Shown: piece after piece, positions 29,177 through 40,195 of the stretch
Layout: each line of letters begins with the position of its first letter
Position numbering within the stretch: position 1 is the first letter of the stretch
From: Terriglobia bacterium
GTDB lineage: Bacteria > Acidobacteriota > Terriglobia > 20CM-2-55-15
Length of the DNA: 64,000 nt
Assembly (NCBI GenBank): GCA_965198225.1
Contig: CBDAOY010000008.1
Coordinates: 416,001-480,000 of the forward strand
Direction: 5' to 3'
The notes under the pieces: generated by a model
Database searches by the model: none
The model's input: the letters and a program-made list of their open reading frames with translations, nothing else
Told to the model about the DNA's origin: nothing
Position numbers and translations under genes: made by a program

Positions 29177-30790
29177 TCTCTGACGGAAAATCTGGGCTCC
29201 CGGATGTACCCGGTCGGGACCGAGTCTCCTCAGTTGCGGCGTCTCGTTGTTCCCGTCATCGGCTCTCTGGTTACGGGCTTCCTGCTCTACCGGTTTTTCC
29301 CCGATGCCAGGGGCAGCGGCATTCCCCAGACGAAGGTCGCTCTCTCGGTCCATGGCGGGAGGATCACCCTCCGAACCGTCCTCGCAAAATTCTGGCTGTC
29401 GGCCGGTTCGCTGGCCAGCGGCGTGGCGTTGGGTCGCGAAGGACCGTCGGTCATGGTTGGGTCCGGTATTGCGTCGGTGATAGGGCGGGCGCTTGGACTC
29501 AGGCGCGACAAGGTGGAGGCTCTCGTGCCGGTCGGCGCTTCCGCGGCGCTGGCTGCTGCCTTCAACACGCCGATCGCCGCGGTCCTTTTCGCCCTGGAGG
29601 AGTTGATGGGCAACCTCCACGCACCGTTGCTGGGCTCGGTCGTTCTCAGTTCCGCCACGGCGTGGATGGTCCTTCACCTGTTTCTCGGCGACGAGCCACT
29701 TTTCAGCGTGCCCGAGTACCAACTCGTTCATGCGTCGGAGCTGCTCTTCTACGCCGCGTTGGGCGTGATCGGGGGGCTCGTATCGGTAGCGTTTGTCAGG
29801 GTTCTGTTGAGAATACGTGCTCGCTTCAAGGAAATGCCGGAGCGCACCCGTTGGCTGCAGCCTGTCGCGGGTGGATTGACCGTCGGAGTGTTGGGATTCT
29901 TCGTTCCGGAAGTGCTCGGTGTGGGGTACGCCCGGGTCGGCGATGCCCTGAACGGAAACATGGCGATCACGGCTATGGCGATGCTCGTGGTGTTGAAATT
30001 GATCGCCACGGCGACCTGCTACGGGTCCGGTAACGCAGGAGGAATATTCGGGCCGAGTCTGTTCATTGGAGCGATGCTCGGAGGGACTGTGGGCAGTGTC
30101 GCAAACTGGCTCGTCGGTGACGTGATGGGCCTGCCCGACTACACCGGCAGTGTCGGCGCTTACGCTCTGGTCGGGATGGGAACGGCCTTTGCCGGAATCA
30201 TTCGCGTTCCCTTCACGTCGGTGATCATGATTTTCGAGCTGACGCGCGACTACGCGATCATCGTGCCGCTCATGATCTCGAACCTCGCCAGCTATTTCAT
30301 CGCCCGCCGTTACCAGCCCCAGCCGATCTACGAAGCGCTGGCACACCAGGACGGCATCCATTTACCTTCTGCGGAGACCCAGCAGCGCCAGGGACGCCTT
30401 CGCGTCCGCCGGGCCATGCGTGTCCCGCATGAAGTCCTGCAGACAACGATGACGCCTGCCGAAGCGCTCGACCGTGTCGAAGGGAGCCGCTGGAACTCAT
30501 GGCCCTTGACCGATGAGAAAGGCCTGCTCGGTATGGTTACCATCGAGGACCTGTTTCAGGCGCGCGACCAGGACCGCGAGTCGTCGCTCGGCGAAGCGCT
30601 CGACGTGACCCCCGGCCCTCATCTGCACGACGATCACCTGCTGGATCTGGCCCTTGAGAGGATGGGCGCGGCCGGCATGGATGTGCTGCCGGTGGTGAGC
30701 CGTCTCGACGTCCGGCGCCTTGAGGGAATCGTCGGTTTGGGCGATGTGATGCGTGTGTACGGCTTCAGCAAGGACCGGCCGGAATCCTAG
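29018..30790 (+). CDS. ClC-family H+/Cl- antiporter with C-terminal CBS domains (5' end frameshifted; open from 29204)
   Basis: GSGIP, GREGP, AAAFNTP, FALEE, GIFGP, PIYE signatures. Confidence 0.88.
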
Positions 30791-30807
30791 CTTTCCGGCC
30801 TCGGGCA

Positions 30808-30910
30808 GCGGACAACGGCCTACGTCTGTAGGGAGGTGACGAGTGACAAGTGACAAGTCGGACTGCGGGCGGAATGTGCCGCCAACGGATAACGAACAAC
30901 GGCCTACGAC
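30808..30910. repeat. Heptamer repeat tract (GGACAAC/GGCCTAC/GTGACAA family)
   Basis: Shares GTGACAAGTGACAA..GCGGAATGTGCCGCC..ACAACGGCCTACG with 34748-34812. Confidence 0.75.
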
Positions 30911-31207
30911 CTACTGTCCACCGATCCGGCGCACCTCGTCGCTCCCCCGTCTGAAGTAGGGTGGCCGCGGCAGGCGGGGACACTTCTCGACGCCCCTCTC
31001 GTAACAGCGTTCCTGTGCCTCGCGCACGGTTCGGGCTTGAACTCGAACGAGTTGGATCGGCCGTTCGCTCTTTCCCGACAGCGCCATCTTCATCCGGCAG
31101 TCGTAACTGCCATTCTTTCTGGACATTTCGACGAAGAAATAATCGCCGTTGGGGAAGGTGTGTATCGGCGCCGAGACAACGACGACACCTGCGGCAAACC
31201 TGGTCAT
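30911..31207 (-). CDS. Small basic hypothetical protein
   Basis: ORF fills the gap between ClC and nadE, GGAG upstream; start uncertain. Confidence 0.45.
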   Translation of the reverse strand: MTRFAAGVVVVSAPIHTFPNGDYFFVEMSRKNGSYDCRMKMALSGKSERPIQLVRVQARTVREAQERCYERGVEKCPRLPRPPYFRRGSDEVRRIGGQ

Positions 31208-31468
31208 CACCCGACTCCGATATCCAAGGTGGACAATCCGTATCCGTTCGAGGAAGGGCGCATTCAAACACAAACGGACCGCTTTGTAAACAAGGGCAAG
31301 AACGCATAGAAACAGAACGGTTTATCTTCCGTCCACCCCGAAGTAGACGGAGGAGCGAATCGTTCGCCTGTCCAGGTTTTCGCCAAGAACCGGACAAGTC
31401 AAGAGAACGCCTGATACCGGTCCTTCGCCCACGGGGTCGGCAGAACCGGCCATGTTAGGATGGCCACG

Positions 31469-33205
<1,737 letters not shown>

Positions 33206-33211
33206 TGTTCC

Positions 33212-33859
33212 ATGCACCGACCGTTTTCGATCCTGGACGACCTGGTCAAGCAGGGCCGAATCCGGTTGTCGAAACCGGTGGAGCGCAAGCCTGAGCAGCG
33301 TGTGCCGGCCAAGCTCATCAGCCGTGCCTCAGCACTATCGGAGGGGGAGCTCTTCGAGCAGGCGATGGAAGACGTCCGTCCGCTTGGGGACAGCAACGCG
33401 TCGCCGCCGGTGCGAGGGCCGGTTGAAATCCGCGCCAGCGACGACGAAGCCGAAGCGTTGAAGGTTCTCGAAGAGTTTTGCCGGGGCGGGCGGGTCGACG
33501 TCGAATTCAGCCGCGAGTATGTCGAACACTGGTCGGATCCGGCCGGTCGCCTCTACCTCGAAGGCTTGCGCAACGGGCGTTTCGCGATCCAGGCCCACCT
33601 CGACCTGCATGGCCTCACACTCGAGCGCGCTCGCGATGCAGTCGACCTTTTTGTCGAGGCGTCCCTCAAGGCAGGTTATTCCTGCGTGCGCATCGTCCAC
33701 GGAAGAGGTCTTCATTCTCCCCAGAAACATTCCCCCCTGAAGGAAAACGTCCAGAGATGGCTGCGGACTCGGCGCCTCGGTCGCCATATCATCGCGTACA
33801 CGTCGGCGAGGGTCGTGGATGGAGGTGGAGGTGCCGTGTACGTGCTGCTGCGATCGTAG
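33212..33859 (+). CDS. Smr domain endonuclease (SmrA/B-like)
   Basis: LFEQAMEDVRPL; LDLHG; IVHGRGLHS; DGGGGAVYVLL. Confidence 0.92.
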   Translation: MHRPFSILDDLVKQGRIRLSKPVERKPEQRVPAKLISRASALSEGELFEQAMEDVRPLGDSNASPPVRGPVEIRASDDEAEALKVLEEFCRGGRVDVEFSREYVEHWSDPAGRLYLEGLRNGRFAIQAHLDLHGLTLERARDAVDLFVEASLKAGYSCVRIVHGRGLHSPQKHSPLKENVQRWLRTRRLGRHIIAYTSARVVDGGGGAVYVLLRS

Positions 33860-33953
33860 CTGTTGTCGGCGGTTGGTGATCGGCAATCAGCGGCGAGCGA
33901 TGGAAGGCGGAAGCCTAACAGGAATCGCTGATAGCTGAAGGCTGAGACAAGGG

Positions 33954-34556
33954 CTACACCCGAAAGACGCCGACAACCTTGCCGACCAGGCCGATCGACC
34001 TGAGATCCGATCTGTCGACCTCGATGGGCTCGTATGCCGGGTTCTCCGCTCTGAGTTCGACTCGGTTCGCTTTCTTGTAGAAACGTTTCACGGTCGCCTC
34101 GTCCTCGATCAGCGCGACCACGATCTCTCCATTTGCCGCGGTCTTCTGAGGGCGAACCAGAACGTAATCGCCATCGAGGATGTGAGCGTCCTCCATGCTG
34201 TCGCCCTGAACCTTTAGAAGAAACGACCCGGAGGGAGCCCAACCGTCCGGCAGGCGGACGACGTCTTCGACATTTTCTTCCGCGAGGATGGGCGAACCCG
34301 CTGCGACCCTCCCGATCACCGGAACCTCCGTCGGCGTCAGGTGGTCGGGATCCTGCTTCGTCACCGACAGGGAGCGTGAACGGTTCGGTGTCTTATCAAG
34401 GTAGCCTTTTCTCTCCACCGCCTTGAGATGGTCGTGGACGGTAGCAGGAGACAATCCGAACTCCCCGCCGATATCCCGGACCGACGGCGGGTAGCCGCTT
34501 TCCCGAGTGTAGGAGCGGATGAACTCGAGCACCTGTTCCTGGCGCTTGGTCAGCAT
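33954..34556 (-). CDS. lexA: SOS repressor LexA
   Basis: LTKRQ..GYPPSVRDI HTH, GRVAAGSP cleavage site, GDSM catalytic Ser, ATVKRF catalytic Lys. Confidence 0.97.
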   Translation of the reverse strand: MLTKRQEQVLEFIRSYTRESGYPPSVRDIGGEFGLSPATVHDHLKAVERKGYLDKTPNRSRSLSVTKQDPDHLTPTEVPVIGRVAAGSPILAEENVEDVVRLPDGWAPSGSFLLKVQGDSMEDAHILDGDYVLVRPQKTAANGEIVVALIEDEATVKRFYKKANRVELRAENPAYEPIEVDRSDLRSIGLVGKVVGVFRV

Positions 34557-34579
34557 AGGCGAACATATGTTCGCCTATG
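34554..34579. promoter_or_regulatory. LexA operator (CGAAC-ATAT-GTTCG) inside a perfect 26-bp palindrome overlapping the lexA start codon
   Basis: CATAGGCGAACATATGTTCGCCTATG. Confidence 0.85.
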
Positions 34580-34629
34580 TGCAGTCTTGAAGTCAAGCGC
34601 TTGAGCGATCTTGTTCGCAGTCCGGAAGA

Positions 34630-34852
34630 AGTTGTCCGTAGGCCGTTGTCCGTTGTTGTGGCACATTCGAGCAAACCCGGGGGAAGTTGTCCGCAGGCCG
34701 TTATCCGTTATGTGGCACATCGAGCGGACCCACAATTGATGACTCACGTGACAAGTGACAACTCGGAAGGCGCGGAATGTGCCGCCTAACGGCCTACGGA
34801 CAACGGCCTACGTTTCATTGTGCCGCCCAACGCCTAACGGCCTACGGCCTAC
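34630..34852. repeat. Large inverted heptamer repeat array between hfq-like gene and lexA
   Basis: GTTGTCCGTAGGCCGTT..GGCACAT twice, then TGTGCC..AACGGCCTACGG twice in the opposite orientation. Confidence 0.8.
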
Positions 34853-35130
34853 GTTCCCCTCCCCCTCCGACCCCCACTCTGCTGCTCTTCATACAGATAC
34901 TTGACTCGGTCCTTGTAGATAAACAGGTTGGAAGCCCCTTGACGGGTCAGGCGGATGATGTCGCTGTCGTAGTATTCGATCCATCCCCGGACTTCTTCGC
35001 CGTCGATGAGCTTCACGACCACCGGGATGCGGTTCTTCGACAGCCAGTCGATGTACTCGGCTTCGCGGTAGGTGTTTTCAACGGCCGTCTGCCGACCCCG
35101 CCGTCCACCTGTTTGATCCGAGCGACTCAT
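34849..35130 (-). CDS. Hfq/Sm-like RNA chaperone
   Basis: EAEYIDWLSKNRIPVVVKLIDGEEVRGWIEYYD..LFIYKDRVKYL resembles Sm1/Sm2 motifs; RG-rich termini. Confidence 0.75.
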   Translation of the reverse strand: MSRSDQTGGRRGRQTAVENTYREAEYIDWLSKNRIPVVVKLIDGEEVRGWIEYYDSDIIRLTRQGASNLFIYKDRVKYLYEEQQSGGRRGRGT

Positions 35131-35203
35131 TTCACTCTCTGGGCCGAGAGTATACATGGGCGGGCTAGGTGGCGGCCAGTGGGCGAATGTTAAGATGATC
35201 GAC

Positions 35204-35845
35204 GTGAGTATCGAGGCCATACTGTTCGACCTCGGGCGCGTGATCATCGATCTCGACATGAATCCCACGATCGAGACCTTGACCGGCAACTCACCCCTCG
35301 AGCGTGAGAAATTCGAGGCAGTCCTCTGGGACACCGGTTGGATCCGGCGTTATGAGCGGGGCGAGGTTTCCACGCGCGAGTTCTACGATTTCCTGCAGCG
35401 CGACGCCGGCCTTGAGATGGATTACGAGGACTTCTACCCGTGCTGGGCGGAGGTTTTCGAACCCAAGTTGATCGTGTCGGTGGACCTCCTCGCTGAACTG
35501 AGCCGAAGATACCCGATGGGGTTGGTCTCGAACACCAATGAGGCGCACGCCGAGCATGTCCGTGTTCACTACAGCGTGTTCGAGCACTTCGACCATCACA
35601 TCCTGTCCTACCAGGTCGGTTCGCTCAAACCGGACCGCAAGATCTTCGAATGCGCCATCGAGGCGATGGGGAAGGCACCCGACCGACTCCTGTTCATCGA
35701 CGACCGGGAAGAGAATGTGGCGGCAGGCCGTCAGCTGGGAATGCGGACCCACCGGTTCGAGTCACTTGCCGGTCTGGTGCGGGCTTTCCGGGAAATCGGG
35801 ATCGATGTCGGGGATCTCATCCATCTCGAATCGGACATCGACTGA
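35204..35845 (+). CDS. HAD-family phosphatase (YihX-like)
   Basis: ILFDLGRVI, VSNTN, KPDRKIF, FIDDREENV. Confidence 0.9.
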   Translation: MSIEAILFDLGRVIIDLDMNPTIETLTGNSPLEREKFEAVLWDTGWIRRYERGEVSTREFYDFLQRDAGLEMDYEDFYPCWAEVFEPKLIVSVDLLAELSRRYPMGLVSNTNEAHAEHVRVHYSVFEHFDHHILSYQVGSLKPDRKIFECAIEAMGKAPDRLLFIDDREENVAAGRQLGMRTHRFESLAGLVRAFREIGIDVGDLIHLESDID

Positions 35846-36307
35846 TCCGGCTTCTTTCATGAACAAACCGTTCACCGCCGCGAGCTTGGTGTTGAGAGTG
35901 TCGACCTCGAGCACTCCGTCCGGCGCGAACTCGAAGTCCGGAAGCAGTTCCGTGAAGTTCAGTTCGCACCAGCTCACGCCGCGCTGCCCGTCGTCGGCCG
36001 ACGTGGCGGCTGGCAGCCCGTATGTCCGGCAGATGATCGGTCGGTCGGCGTAGATCGAACACGCGTGATCGACGAGGAAAGGACAGTGTGCAGCGGGTTC
36101 GCGTATCAGGTGCTGCGTGCGGGCCGGCAACTGCCGGTAGGCGCGAGCGATCCAGTACGCCTCTACGGAGAAGACAGAGAAACGGCGCTGACAGCACATG
36201 TCGCATCCCTTCCGGCACACAACATGGCGGCCGTACCGGTCGTTGGTCTTCCGAACCCAGGCGTCGACCTGTGCGATGAGCTGGCGATAGTATCGGAACG
36301 GAGACAT
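35762..36307 (-). CDS. YkgJ-family cysteine cluster (CxxGCxxCC) protein
   Basis: CRKGCDMCC, CPFL, CSIYADRPIICRTYG. Confidence 0.9.
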   Translation of the reverse strand: MSPFRYYRQLIAQVDAWVRKTNDRYGRHVVCRKGCDMCCQRRFSVFSVEAYWIARAYRQLPARTQHLIREPAAHCPFLVDHACSIYADRPIICRTYGLPAATSADDGQRGVSWCELNFTELLPDFEFAPDGVLEVDTLNTKLAAVNGLFMKEAGSVDVRFEMDEIPDIDPDFPESPHQTGK

Positions 36308-36340
36308 CGGTAAAGCATACCCACCAGGGGTGTGTAAACT

Positions 36341-36410
36341 CCAGATTTGAGATTGGAGATTCGAGATTTCAGATTGGGCTGTTTTCCCCATTCAATTTCC
36401 AATCTCCAAT
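36341..36410. repeat. Heptamer inverted repeat tract (GAGATTn / nAATCTC)
   Basis: CAGATTT GAGATTG GAGATTC GAGATTT CAGATTG ... CAATTTC CAATCTC CAAT. Confidence 0.8.
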
Positions 36411-36417
36411 AGATTTA

Positions 36418-36972
36418 ATGCCCCAGTCCTTTGTGAGGTCATCCGCGCTCGGCTACGCGCTGCTCTTCGCCGTTTCTCTGGGCCTGGCCGCCTGGGAAGG
36501 TCGACTCGCCGACATCTTCCGGTTTCCCGGCTGGTCTCGGACTGGGGCCAATGTTCTCATCGGGCTGCTTCTGGCGACGGGGGTGCTGTCGGCGGGTGCT
36601 GCGATGCGCGGTACCTTTCGGTGGGCGGAACAGATCGAGCGGGAATTCCGGCTGTTGCTGGCACCACTCCGCTTCGACGGCGTCGTCATCCTGGCCGTTG
36701 CAAGTGGTATCGCCGAGGAGACTTTCTTTCGCGCCATCATGCAGCCAGCGTTCGGCCTCTGGGTCACGAGCCTTACGTTCGGTCTGCTTCACTATCCGAT
36801 GAACCGCCGCCTTATTCCCTGGACGATCATCGCCATCGCGATGGGTTTTCTTTTCGGAGTCGTCTACCGGGAGACAGGCAGTCTCCTGGCCGTCGCCCTG
36901 GCTCACGGCCTGATCAACTTCTTCGAACTGCTCGACATCTCCCGCGGGCCCGACCCGCACGTGACCTTCTGA
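36418..36972 (+). CDS. CPBP (CAAX-protease-like) intramembrane metalloprotease
   Basis: EETFFR, FGLLH, AHGLIN motifs. Confidence 0.9.
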   Translation: MPQSFVRSSALGYALLFAVSLGLAAWEGRLADIFRFPGWSRTGANVLIGLLLATGVLSAGAAMRGTFRWAEQIEREFRLLLAPLRFDGVVILAVASGIAEETFFRAIMQPAFGLWVTSLTFGLLHYPMNRRLIPWTIIAIAMGFLFGVVYRETGSLLAVALAHGLINFFELLDISRGPDPHVTF

Positions 36973-37116
36973 TGAGCTGGACCAGTTCCGCAACGCCGTC
37001 CTGTTAAAATTTGTAAAAATCAAGCTCCGGAAGGGTTTCCACGTCTAAGTGGGAGTATTCAAGCCTTTTGTTGGCAAGGCATTCCAAGTAAAATGTGGCG
37101 GAATCCAGGTACAGCT

Positions 37117-37884
37117 ATGAAACGAGTGATTTTGGCCGTTTTTCTAGTGCTGGCGCTCCTTCCGGAGGTGACGCCGGTTGCGGAGACCGCACCCGACGAG
37201 GCTGGCGCGGACGGCTCGGAGTTCGTGTTCGCCCGCCTGGTCTATGGCTCGGGTTTTCGCGGCTGGGGTCGCCGCGGTCGCGGGTCCTGGGCGACGGATT
37301 GGCCCAAGGCGGACAAGCAGTTCATCTTCGGAGTCGACCGGCTGAGCAATGTCCGCGTCGTCCTGGACGAGGATGTCGCCATCCAGATCATGGACCCGAA
37401 GCTTTTCAGCTATCCCTTTGTGTACGCCGTCGAGGTGGGACACATGGAACTGAGCCAGCCCGAAGCCGATCAACTCCGGGAGTATATGGACCGTGGAGGT
37501 TTCCTGGTTGTGGACGACTTCTGGGGAACGTACGAGTGGCAGAATTTTTCGTACAACATGAAGATGATCTTCCCCGACAAGGAAGCCGAGCAGATCCCCA
37601 TGTCGCACCCGATCTTTCATGCGTTCTATGACATCGATGAGATCCTGCAGATTCCCAATATCAACAATGGCTGTGGGGGCTACCGCACGCATGAAGGCGA
37701 CGGGTACGTCCCGTATGCTCTGGCGGTTTTCGATGACAAGCGGCGACCGATGATGGTGATCAACTACAACACTGATCTCGGAGATGCCTGGGAATGGGCG
37801 GATCAGCCGTGCTACCCCAACGAGTTTTCGGGGATGGCCTACCGGATGGGCATCAACTTCATCGTCTATTCGATGACGCATTGA
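37117..37884 (+). CDS. DUF4159 domain exported protein
   Basis: Signal peptide; FVFARLVY, WATDWP, GGFLVVDDFWG, HPIFH, NTDLGDAWEW, YRMGINFIVYSMTH. Confidence 0.85.
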   Translation: MKRVILAVFLVLALLPEVTPVAETAPDEAGADGSEFVFARLVYGSGFRGWGRRGRGSWATDWPKADKQFIFGVDRLSNVRVVLDEDVAIQIMDPKLFSYPFVYAVEVGHMELSQPEADQLREYMDRGGFLVVDDFWGTYEWQNFSYNMKMIFPDKEAEQIPMSHPIFHAFYDIDEILQIPNINNGCGGYRTHEGDGYVPYALAVFDDKRRPMMVINYNTDLGDAWEWADQPCYPNEFSGMAYRMGINFIVYSMTH

Positions 37885-37942
37885 GCGCGCTGGCCGTCAC
37901 CGTTCCCGATCATGTGGCTGGAATCCTTTTGAGACAAAACCG

Positions 37943-40195
37943 ATGACCTGGTTTGAGACGTTCTTCAAGCATAAACCGATCGTTTACGAGAAAGGGACGC
38001 TGGGTTTCCAGTTTTTGGACAGCCGGTTCCTGTTCGTCATCTTCGTGATCGGCGCTGCCGTCGGTGCTGTTTTCCTCTACCGCGCGATTCAGGGTGCCCG
38101 TTTGTCCTGGGGAATGGTGACGTTGAGAGCGGCGACGCTCACGATCCTGGCGTTCATCCTCATGCGTCCTGTCATGAACATTTCGACGGTACTGCCGCAG
38201 GAAAGCTACATCGCTGTCGTCGTCGACAACTCAGAAAGCATGTTGATTCGGGACGACGGCCTCGACACACGGGCGGACCTGCTGATGCGTGAGCTGGAGT
38301 CCACGGAGTTTTTCCGAAGGCTGTCGGAGAAGTTCCGGGTGCGTGTCTACCGTTTCGATCGGGAGGCTGAACGGATCGATGACCTGGATCGCATGAATTT
38401 CTCGGGTACTCGGACACGGATGGAAAGCGCGATGGACATGCTCTACCAGGAGCTGGGCACCGTCCCCCTGTCTGGAATCGTCCTGGTCACCGACGGAGTC
38501 GACAACGCCTCGGAAGAATGGACTGAGTCGGTGTCCCGCATTCAGTCTCGCGGTATCCCGATCTATACGGTCGGGGTGGGAGCCGATGCGATCGAGCGAG
38601 ATGTGGAGCTTATCCGGACGACCGCTCCGAGGGTGACGTTGAACGATTCAACGGCGGTGGCCGAAGTCTCCTTCCGGAGTCACGGCCTGTCCGGTCGGAA
38701 GGCCACTCTGCACATCCGTGAGAACGGCATCCTGCTCAAGTCCGAAGAAGTCACTCTTCCGAGGGACGGAGAGATCGGGGAGGCATCGATCGATCTGCCT
38801 ATGAAGAACGAGGGTTCCCGCGTCTTTTCTTTCTCGATCGAGGCTCCCGACGACCGCATTTCCGAGAACAACCAGCTTGCGAGTCTGATCGAGGTCAAGA
38901 ACGACCACCCGGAGATCCTTTACGCGGAGGGCGAGCCCCGCTGGGAGTACCGCTACATCCGCCGGGCCGTCGAGGACGATCCCAACGTGCAACTGGTCAC
39001 CCTGCTGCGCACCTCGCCGAACAAGTTCTACCGCCAGGGCATCGACAAGGAGGAGACGCTGGCCGAGGGGTTTCCCACGACAAGGGAGGAGCTGTTCCGG
39101 TACAAGGGGCTGATCGTTGGCAGCATCGAATCCACATTCTTCACGCAGGATCAGCTCGAGATGATCGTCGACTTCGTCAGCGAGCGCGGCGGCGGGTTCC
39201 TGATGATCGGAGGCCGGAATTCTTTCAGCGAAGGGCGATACCAGAACACTCCGATTGCCGATATCCTTCCGGTCCGGCTGCCGGACAGTGGTTCGACTTT
39301 CGTCGTCGAAAACCTCAAGTTGGAAGTGTCCGACTATGGACGCACGCATCCCCTGATGAAGCTGACCCCCGCCGAAGATGAAAGCGTCGGACAGTGGGAG
39401 GACCTGCCACCCCTCACTGAGTTCAACCGGGTGAGCGAGGCCAAGGTCGGTGCGATCGTCCTGGCCAACGGTCAGATCGAGACCGGTCGCGACCGGCCCG
39501 TACTGCTGGCTTACCAGCGCTACGGTCGCGGTCGGACGATGGCATTCACGACTTCCAGCAGCTGGCGCTGGCAGATGGAGATGGACCACGAGGACATGAC
39601 CCACGAGTTGTTCTGGCGCCAGATTCTGAGATGGCTCGTCAGCTCTTCCCCCGATCCGGTGATGGCCAGCGCCGAGCGAGACAGCTATGTGCCGGGCGAA
39701 GGCGTCCGGCTCTTTGCTGACATTTCCGACGACAGCTTCGAGCGGATGAACAATGCCGACGTCGTTGGAAGGGTCATCGACCCGGACGGGAACACGCAGG
39801 CCGTGTCTTTTGAATGGACCGGGTTGCAGGACGGCACCTACCAGGCTGAACTCTCGGGCAGCGTGCCGGGAATCTATACCCTCGAAGTGGAGGCCAGTTA
39901 CGCGGACCGTCAGATCGGCAGCTACGAGAGCACTTTCCAGGTGCGGGATCGTCCCGTCGAGTTCTACGACGCCGCCCTGGACAGTCGATTCCTCCGCTCG
40001 CTCGCCGAACAGTCGAACGGGCGCTATTACCCTCTGTCGAGTGTAGGTAGTCTTCCCGACGATGCTGTCTACGTCGAGGGCGAGTCGTCGATCATCGAGC
40101 AGAGGGAATTGTGGGACGTGCCCATACTCTTCATGCTGTTGAGTCTGACACTGGCCGGCGAGTGGTTCTGGCGGAAGACAAGAGGACTGGCATGA
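37943..40195 (+). CDS. Membrane-anchored vWA plus glutamine-amidotransferase-like domain protein
   Basis: N-terminal TMs, MIDAS DNSES and LVTDG, EGEPRWEYRY, GGGFLMIGG, YGRGR..SWRW, C-terminal EWFWRK. Confidence 0.8.
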   Translation: MTWFETFFKHKPIVYEKGTLGFQFLDSRFLFVIFVIGAAVGAVFLYRAIQGARLSWGMVTLRAATLTILAFILMRPVMNISTVLPQESYIAVVVDNSESMLIRDDGLDTRADLLMRELESTEFFRRLSEKFRVRVYRFDREAERIDDLDRMNFSGTRTRMESAMDMLYQELGTVPLSGIVLVTDGVDNASEEWTESVSRIQSRGIPIYTVGVGADAIERDVELIRTTAPRVTLNDSTAVAEVSFRSHGLSGRKATLHIRENGILLKSEEVTLPRDGEIGEASIDLPMKNEGSRVFSFSIEAPDDRISENNQLASLIEVKNDHPEILYAEGEPRWEYRYIRRAVEDDPNVQLVTLLRTSPNKFYRQGIDKEETLAEGFPTTREELFRYKGLIVGSIESTFFTQDQLEMIVDFVSERGGGFLMIGGRNSFSEGRYQNTPIADILPVRLPDSGSTFVVENLKLEVSDYGRTHPLMKLTPAEDESVGQWEDLPPLTEFNRVSEAKVGAIVLANGQIETGRDRPVLLAYQRYGRGRTMAFTTSSSWRWQMEMDHEDMTHELFWRQILRWLVSSSPDPVMASAERDSYVPGEGVRLFADISDDSFERMNNADVVGRVIDPDGNTQAVSFEWTGLQDGTYQAELSGSVPGIYTLEVEASYADRQIGSYESTFQVRDRPVEFYDAALDSRFLRSLAEQSNGRYYPLSSVGSLPDDAVYVEGESSIIEQRELWDVPILFMLLSLTLAGEWFWRKTRGLA

